Positions 57,905 to 64,000 of a stretch of DNA of 64,000 nt are shown here, piece after piece. Numbering within the stretch: the first letter of the stretch is position 1; the number at the start of each line of letters is the position of its first letter. Below the pieces are notes generated by a model. The model saw only the letters and a program-made list of their open reading frames with translations. It was not told the origin of the DNA and made no database searches. The position numbers were made by a program, and so were the translations under genes. Where the stretch lies: assembly GCA_045106415.1 (NCBI GenBank), contig JBGCEP010000001.1, positions 15,522 to 79,521 on the forward strand. The letters run 5' to 3'. The stretch is from Oligoflexales bacterium. GTDB taxonomy: Bacteria; Bdellovibrionota_B; Oligoflexia; Oligoflexales; Bog-1112.

Positions 57905-59545
57905 ATGAGACTGTGTGGTGTTTTTTACTGTGCCGTGCTGATAGCTTCGTGCGGAGTTGAGCAAGATTCTCATCTCCATCATAAAGTTGATGACCCTGTC
58001 CGAAACCTGATGGCTTGGAACTGGGTACGTATCTCAAAAGAAATCGCATTAGACATCATGGGCTACACCAAACAGAGTCCTATGGCATTGCCATTAGAAA
58101 ATGTAGCTCAATATTGGATTGACCGCCTTGATCACTTATTGCGACAGCGTTATCCAGATCAAATGGGTTCTATACCGAAACCGGAGTCGCTTGTATTAAA
58201 TGACTCTTCAGTGAACGCTTATGTTCAAACGCTTCCTGTTTGTTATAGCGGGAAATTTGTATTTGGAGAGGGTGAGCGTGAAATAGAGTTTTCTCATTAT
58301 ATGAGAAACTCTCAGTGGGATTTTAATGCTACCCCATGTTTACCAGGTCTTGCAAAAGATATGACTTCGGTGGTGGAAAGTTTTCAAGATCAATACCCTG
58401 AGTGCAAGATTGTGAAGACAGATCGAGATGCTTATCATTTCTATGGTTGTGATTTGTTTAACAACCTTAATATGACTTCAAAGAATATTGTGTTAGACCA
58501 AACTTCGAGTATTATCACTTTTTTCAAAGGAATTTTTTCTCTTATGGAAAAAGAAGAAGATTTTGTGGCTGTGATTTATCATGAACTGGCTCATTATTAT
58601 CGTTCTCACGGAGTCGCTTTATCTCATGAATATCGATTTTTATATGATTCATCTCATCAAGATCGAACACAGCGCCCAGCTGTTCATCAAGATAAACATT
58701 TTAAGGATTATTTTGAGGCTCATATTTATGTGAAAAACTATTTTTCTGTATTATCTGATGCCAAGCTTGAAGCTCCTGCTTACCTAATATCTGGTGAAAT
58801 GGCAGTTAAAGCTTGTGATTTTCATTGTTCTCAAAGTTGTAAAGATGTCGCAAATTGGTACCGAAATGGGTATCAAAAACAAGCGTTTGGTTTATATCCT
58901 TTTTCAAATTCATCTATGCTTTCCACAGAGCTTTATTCAAAATTTGAAAGAGCGGCGGAGTTATGCTTGCGTGATGAAGCTTACGCTCCCCTATCTGTGA
59001 ACGATTTAAAATGGGGGCTTTACCGTGAGATCACACCGAGACAAAAAGACTATATTATAAAGTGGCTTCAAAAATCCTTAAATGATTTTAATGAGACAGA
59101 TCAAGGCGAGAATCTATGGGAAGCTATGATTGGATTATCAAAACAGGTTAAGCAAAAATACTTGTCTTCTGAGAGTTTAATAAAGCTTTCAGAAGAGGAA
59201 AATATTGGCTGGTATACAGAGGAGCAAGAAGCAGATGAGCTTTCATTAGAGTGGATGGCTATGGTGGGAGTAGATCCTCGTTATGGGGTGTCAGCGTATC
59301 TTCAATTAGCTGATATGCAAGACCCTTCTCAATCTTGCCGTGAGCTACAACAACGAGGTTGGGTTGATGAAGTGGGTCTTCCTGCTAGGGTTTCTCTTGG
59401 TGGTTTTATAGATCCCCATCATGATTCTTGCTACAGAGCTTGGAATGTTGAGCAGGAAATTGATGCGCATCACTACACTTTTGTCCCGCATATGCGTTCT
59501 GGTCTTGCGTGGGAGAGTGTGAAGCAGTATGCGAGATCACTGTGA
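57905..59545 (+). CDS. M48-like zinc metallopeptidase lipoprotein
   Basis: Lipobox IASC; NAY, AVIYHELAH, EQEAD, DPHH. Confidence 0.75.
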   Translation: MRLCGVFYCAVLIASCGVEQDSHLHHKVDDPVRNLMAWNWVRISKEIALDIMGYTKQSPMALPLENVAQYWIDRLDHLLRQRYPDQMGSIPKPESLVLNDSSVNAYVQTLPVCYSGKFVFGEGEREIEFSHYMRNSQWDFNATPCLPGLAKDMTSVVESFQDQYPECKIVKTDRDAYHFYGCDLFNNLNMTSKNIVLDQTSSIITFFKGIFSLMEKEEDFVAVIYHELAHYYRSHGVALSHEYRFLYDSSHQDRTQRPAVHQDKHFKDYFEAHIYVKNYFSVLSDAKLEAPAYLISGEMAVKACDFHCSQSCKDVANWYRNGYQKQAFGLYPFSNSSMLSTELYSKFERAAELCLRDEAYAPLSVNDLKWGLYREITPRQKDYIIKWLQKSLNDFNETDQGENLWEAMIGLSKQVKQKYLSSESLIKLSEEENIGWYTEEQEADELSLEWMAMVGVDPRYGVSAYLQLADMQDPSQSCRELQQRGWVDEVGLPARVSLGGFIDPHHDSCYRAWNVEQEIDAHHYTFVPHMRSGLAWESVKQYARSL

Positions 59546-59562
59546 CTAGTTCAAAAGTGATC

Positions 59563-61251
59563 TTATGATAGCTCAGTAGGTTGCTCTAACTTAAAGTGTT
59601 GGCTGTGTGATACTGAAAGAGACTCCGTTATCTTCCAATGAACAGTCACTGTTGTGTAGTCTTTCGATCTAACTTGATGACAGCTAGCACCATGTGCAGA
59701 CAACCATTTTTGGATCCGTTCAAGCCCCCAATGAGGCAGTTGGTACTCTGATGAGAAGCTTATATTCCAATCGATATGTTGGGACTCATATTTTTCTTTT
59801 AAGATAACTTTTTGAAGAGAGGGTTCGATGTGGTCGATAAGTGCATCAAGGGTGTTTATTTGTATTTGAAAGGGCTTACGTGGCAGTGCAGTTATTTTTC
59901 CTTCAATTTGTAGTTGTGGAAAGAGCTCTTTTAACATGTCGGTGAGTTGAAGTGATGAAGCAACATGGCTTTGTGCTGTTGATGCATGCCAGTGAGAAAA
60001 AATATTTTGTATCCAAGAGAAATACCTTTGGCTTTTTGGGAAAAAGCTTAAAGAACTTTGTGTGTGCTGTTGAATGCTTTGGATTTGTTTTGTAAGTTGA
60101 AAGATTTGTTCTTCGAGTTGGTTTGAGTGTGTTAACGAACTTTGTTCGCTAAGAAATCTGAAAAATCGTCGCGGAGTTCTTTCATGGCACCCTTGATTCC
60201 ACTGATCAAGAGTCTTAGAACATAGTTGAGAAGTAGAATTCAGGGATTTGAGAAGAGACTGTAAGTCCAGCAAGTTTTCTTGGATGTTTGAGAGTTTTTC
60301 CTTTGCGGTTGGGCAAGTGCGAAGGAGTTGATTGCTGAGAGATTCGTAAGGCATTAAATTCACGATTTCATTTGTTTGTTGAATTTTATCTTTTTCATAA
60401 TCTTTAATTGTTTCTTCGAGTTGAGATGATCTTCTTGCGCTTTTTATTGCAGCAGCGTCTTTGCGTTCAAGGTGTTTTTGAATAGAACGTTGGCAGTGGT
60501 GTAAAAATACATTTTTTGCAACCCAGTCTGACTGAGGGTCTGAGCACCATTTGGTGAAAAGTTGTTCTTCTTTTAATTTTTTAGCATGGCTACGACTTTG
60601 TTTTAAAAAAAGAATGAAAAAAGTTATGCAGCAGAATAATATCCATAATGGGAATATGTTTTGAGGTTTGAGCGGAATCATATTTAAGGACTTAACCCAT
60701 AAGCCTTCTGCGGCAATATCAATATTTTGGTATGAAAAGATGATGTTTCTAGTGAGGTTTTTTCTAGACTTATTATGAAAACTTAATTTAAAAAGATCTG
60801 AGTGTGCGATAGGTGAGAAATTGATTAAAGATAGGTTGTAGTTTTGAGGCAAAGAGAAAGTTGTTTGTATTTTTATTTGTTTATTTTGCACAGAAATAGA
60901 TGATTTCCCTGAAGGTTTCTCACAGTGATAACCTGTGCCAAGTTTTAATAAAATTTTACAATTTGTATCTGTAATTACAAAGCCATCAATGTTTTTGTTT
61001 TTCATAAACATGCGTGCCGGAGCTTGTACACTGTGGTCGAGTCCCCACTCTAAACTTTTGATAAAAGACTGATGGTTTTGTATGTGATGCCATGCAAGAA
61101 GCTGTTTTTTTTCGTGTGAGACAATGTTTTTTTCAAAATTTCGCGTAATATTTTTTAAAGAAGTTGTTGTCAAATAAAGCTTTTGAGACACCCACCATAC
61201 AGCAAATGTGCATAACCCAAAGAATAACCATTTAAAAAATATTTTTTGCAT
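59563..61251 (-). CDS. Membrane protein with sensor-like layout (2 TM, coiled coil)
   Basis: TM-periplasmic-TM-coiled coil. The C-terminus resembles a degenerate HATPase end, without clear H or G boxes. Confidence 0.5.
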   Translation of the reverse strand: MQKIFFKWLFFGLCTFAVWWVSQKLYLTTTSLKNITRNFEKNIVSHEKKQLLAWHHIQNHQSFIKSLEWGLDHSVQAPARMFMKNKNIDGFVITDTNCKILLKLGTGYHCEKPSGKSSISVQNKQIKIQTTFSLPQNYNLSLINFSPIAHSDLFKLSFHNKSRKNLTRNIIFSYQNIDIAAEGLWVKSLNMIPLKPQNIFPLWILFCCITFFILFLKQSRSHAKKLKEEQLFTKWCSDPQSDWVAKNVFLHHCQRSIQKHLERKDAAAIKSARRSSQLEETIKDYEKDKIQQTNEIVNLMPYESLSNQLLRTCPTAKEKLSNIQENLLDLQSLLKSLNSTSQLCSKTLDQWNQGCHERTPRRFFRFLSEQSSLTHSNQLEEQIFQLTKQIQSIQQHTQSSLSFFPKSQRYFSWIQNIFSHWHASTAQSHVASSLQLTDMLKELFPQLQIEGKITALPRKPFQIQINTLDALIDHIEPSLQKVILKEKYESQHIDWNISFSSEYQLPHWGLERIQKWLSAHGASCHQVRSKDYTTVTVHWKITESLSVSHSQHFKLEQPTELS

Positions 61252-61489
61252 ATACCGACCTCATGTGATCTATTGATATATTATCATCGCTCAGGTTAAG
61301 TTCTTCAAAATATTTACTGAACGCAGTGTCTTATTTCTTTTCGTGTATATAGAAAATAGTAGAAAAATGTAATTTTGAGTATGAGTATAGAGCTCTAAAA
61401 AATGGGTGAGTTCCTGCTACAGTTATGTGAGTAGTCGCGCGGACTGTTTTTCTTATGTATGTAGTCAGTCTAGCGGTGGGTTTGTTAGG

Positions 61490-61894
61490 TTAAGGGGAGG
61501 GTCTTTCCACAAATTCCACTAGGACCCCACCTGTGGATTCAGGGTGAACAAAAGCAATTTTAGAGTTATGACTTCCTACTTGTGGCTCTTCATTGATGAG
61601 GCGGCATCCTTGTTGTTTTAGAAAAGTTAAAAGTTGGCTTAAACGATCCACACGTAGTGCAAGGTGATGTATACCAGAGTGTTTTTGAAGAAATTTAGAA
61701 ATAGGGCTATTCTCAGAAAGAGGCTCTAAAAGTTCAATAGCGCATGAGCTAGGACTTGTGTGGTAGAAGGTCGTTCTCACCTGTTGTGTTGGGACCTCCT
61801 CTGCGTGAGTAGAAAGCTTGAGTAAGTTGAAGAAAGATTTTGTTTTTTCAGGGTGTTGGCTAGCAATAGCAATATGATCTACAGTGATGTTCAT
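61490..61894 (-). CDS. mce: Methylmalonyl-CoA epimerase
   Basis: VDHIAIA, IELLEP, GIHHLA, AFVHPESTGGVLVEFVE. Confidence 0.92.
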   Translation of the reverse strand: MNITVDHIAIASQHPEKTKSFFNLLKLSTHAEEVPTQQVRTTFYHTSPSSCAIELLEPLSENSPISKFLQKHSGIHHLALRVDRLSQLLTFLKQQGCRLINEEPQVGSHNSKIAFVHPESTGGVLVEFVERPSP

Positions 61895-61905
61895 GGGTTC
61901 TCCAT

Positions 61906-62979
61906 ATGGAAAAAGAAATGAATTTAATGATACGTGTTTGGGAGAAAGTTCGGAACCTTTTTTCTCTCGCTTTATTTTTTATGATTTTATTTCGAGTTGT
62001 GTGGTTACAATTAAGACCGTATGAAGCCTTATTTCCGGGGTTGCGGCAAAGTCACACTCAACAGTGGTTTTGTGATAAGGGAGTTTATCCAGCTTGGAAT
62101 GGAATGATTCAATGGGTATGTGAACTGTCATGGGTTGCTGATAGCGTAGTTGCCTGGAATTTAAAAATTTTTTTTATAACTATAGCGATTCTTATGATAG
62201 CTCTTAGGATTCTATCAAAATCTTGGCTTGTTGCTATTATTTGTGCCATGGTTGTCTTGAGCCGGGGCTCCTTGACAGCAATGATGGGGTATAGCACGCC
62301 CGATGGCCTGATGATGTTGCTTTTTGCAATGTGGGTGATTTGCATGACTCATATTGCTATAAGTGCTTCTCAAGCTGTTTTTTATTTTGCAACGTTTCTT
62401 CTCTTCTTGTGTTGCTTCTTCGAGAAATCTTTTATTGCTCTTTGGCTTGTCCCCTATTTGTTTTTTATGTCGTATCCATGTCGTGCGGTTGGCGCAGAGC
62501 CGTTGCCGCAGGGGAGACTGTTTAGAAAACTTTCTGTGCGCTTGTCAGCTTGGTTGGCAACTCAAAGGTTTTTTCATTCTGTAAGTTTTTTATTTTTTTT
62601 AGTTCCCTTTTTGTTTTTGTGCGTCTTTGTTAAAATTGATCTATCTATGTTTACACATCAAATACAGTTGTTTAAGATTGATCGGCTAGATGCCCACTAT
62701 CTTTTAAGTGGAGTGGCTCTCTTTTTAGGAGTGCTTTTTCATCCTGATTTACACTGCCGGGAAAGCTTGTGTTTGATTTTATATTCAATGTTAAGCTTAA
62801 TTTTAGGGCAATGTATTTTAAATTTAGAATCTAATGACTTAAGATATCTATTTGGTTACAGAGATGCTTTAGGGTGGATTGAGCCTGTTGTCTTGGCTTT
62901 TGGAGCCTATTTGTGGTTAGAGATATTGAAATATTTATTTTTAATTTTTTATAGAAAGATGAATCAGCTGAAAGTTTGA
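61906..62979 (+). CDS. Multi-pass membrane hypothetical protein
   Basis: Multiple TM segments. Start uncertain. Confidence 0.6.
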   Translation: MEKEMNLMIRVWEKVRNLFSLALFFMILFRVVWLQLRPYEALFPGLRQSHTQQWFCDKGVYPAWNGMIQWVCELSWVADSVVAWNLKIFFITIAILMIALRILSKSWLVAIICAMVVLSRGSLTAMMGYSTPDGLMMLLFAMWVICMTHIAISASQAVFYFATFLLFLCCFFEKSFIALWLVPYLFFMSYPCRAVGAEPLPQGRLFRKLSVRLSAWLATQRFFHSVSFLFFLVPFLFLCVFVKIDLSMFTHQIQLFKIDRLDAHYLLSGVALFLGVLFHPDLHCRESLCLILYSMLSLILGQCILNLESNDLRYLFGYRDALGWIEPVVLAFGAYLWLEILKYLFLIFYRKMNQLKV

Positions 62980-63039
62980 GATCTAGTTGTAAAAGAGAAC
63001 AGGTGTTTTAAAAATTTATAGAAAGTGAGTGCGAGGCTT

Positions 63040-63858
63040 ATGAAAAGGTTCAGTATTTTATGTTTTGCCATTTTGAGTTCGTGCACGACTTCACGAGAAG
63101 ATGAGAGCTTTACACCAAGATCAAATATGAATGCATCAGAAGAAAATGCGTTGACAACACAAGAAGGTTCTTCTGAGCTCTCAGAAGTTTGCAAAGCCTG
63201 GGAAAAGCATAGTGGTCAACAGTCTTTGTGGCTTGATGAGGCAGGAGTTGTGCTTACACGTTTTCTCAAACAATGTGAAACCGAGCAGGGTGAATCGGGT
63301 TATCAAAGAAAAAGCCCTTTTGTACTAATGGGGTTCCCGTGTACAGGAGGTGGAAAAATAGAGTGGAAAGGGAGTTATTACAACCCAAGGATGGTGAGTA
63401 TGGGCTTGTCTACATCATGCCGTATGAATCCAAGTGGTTATCAACAGGTTGCATCTTTAGTTAAAGATTCATTGCAGCTTGATCAACAAGCAGCTCTGTT
63501 GGCCTACAATCCTTTTGCATTACAGTATTGGGAAGTTGAAGGTTCCCCTGATGCTGATGTTGGCTATGAAATTCAGTTAAGATCTCACCAAGGGCTCCAG
63601 TTCCTTTGGGGGGCTTTTCAAAAAGGTGAAGATATCCCTATTAAGCTTTATGGTCGTGAAAATGCTTGGGTATTAGGAGATCAGTTTTTTGAGGTTCAAG
63701 CTTCTTTAAAAAAGAGTGATCACGCTTCGTTTGTATTGCAAGTTCATCAGGTGAGTGCTTTAAATCAAGAACAGATCAGTCTTGTTCGTACACGTTGTGA
63801 AGCATTATCACCGCAGCGTCGATGTGATCATGTTTTTGGAAATAAACTCGCTTATTAG
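63040..63858 (+). CDS. Hypothetical lipoprotein
   Basis: MKRFSILCFAILSSC lipobox; GAGG SD. Confidence 0.7.
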   Translation: MKRFSILCFAILSSCTTSREDESFTPRSNMNASEENALTTQEGSSELSEVCKAWEKHSGQQSLWLDEAGVVLTRFLKQCETEQGESGYQRKSPFVLMGFPCTGGGKIEWKGSYYNPRMVSMGLSTSCRMNPSGYQQVASLVKDSLQLDQQAALLAYNPFALQYWEVEGSPDADVGYEIQLRSHQGLQFLWGAFQKGEDIPIKLYGRENAWVLGDQFFEVQASLKKSDHASFVLQVHQVSALNQEQISLVRTRCEALSPQRRCDHVFGNKLAY

Positions 63859-63894
63859 AGATTATATCGATATTGATCACACCTAATTTTGATT

Positions 63895-64000
63895 TATACT
63901 GATCCGGTTTGAAATTTCCCGTTTTATATAAAGTTATTGCCACGGACAGCGGTTTGCAAGATATTAACAGCGTCGGTCATTTATTGTGAGGTCTGTATGC
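63895..64000 (+). mobile_element. 95-bp repeat copy B; probable left end of an IS continuing beyond the window
   Basis: Homologous to 15666-15760. Starts TATACTG and ends GAGG-N5-ATG at 63997. Confidence 0.6.

Noticed and set aside
1..64000. CRISPR array, rRNA, retron or other tandem repeat arrays
   Set aside because: No regularly spaced repeats, cas/RT genes or rRNA-like sequence were seen by eye.

Overview
A 64 kb bacterial chromosomal segment, AT-rich overall. Gene content (TamAB plus ExeA-like ATPase, Hint-domain pilin-like protein, KorCAB, sigma28-like promoters, many secreted hypotheticals) suggests Bdellovibrionota/Oligoflexia, but that is inference. Housekeeping and metabolic genes include fabG, folC, korCAB, gap, htpX, a Ski2-like helicase, coaE, kynA, Leu dehydrogenase, lpoB, mnmG and mce. 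Scattered nonulosonic-acid and surface-glycan genes include neuB, a CBS-nucleotidyltransferase, KpsS-like, Wzy/Wzz-like, a B12 radical SAM and a GT2. Mobile DNA comprises a degenerate IS630 nested in a second IS-end remnant and a ~3.9 kb decayed element integrated at tRNA-Cys. Best candidates for undescribed biology: (1) three translationally coupled exported proteins built from six copies of a helix + amphipathic beta-hairpin module (47779-49537); (2) a PilX-like pilin with a C-terminal Hedgehog-style Hint domain (19517-21868); (3) a HEAT-like protein with a C-terminal HEPN-type RNRAAH motif; (4) three candidate structured RNAs; (5) a secreted CaaX-ended putative peptidase in the tRNA islet; (6) a GC-skew flip at the IS630. 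All calls come from reading motifs by eye; no searches were run.
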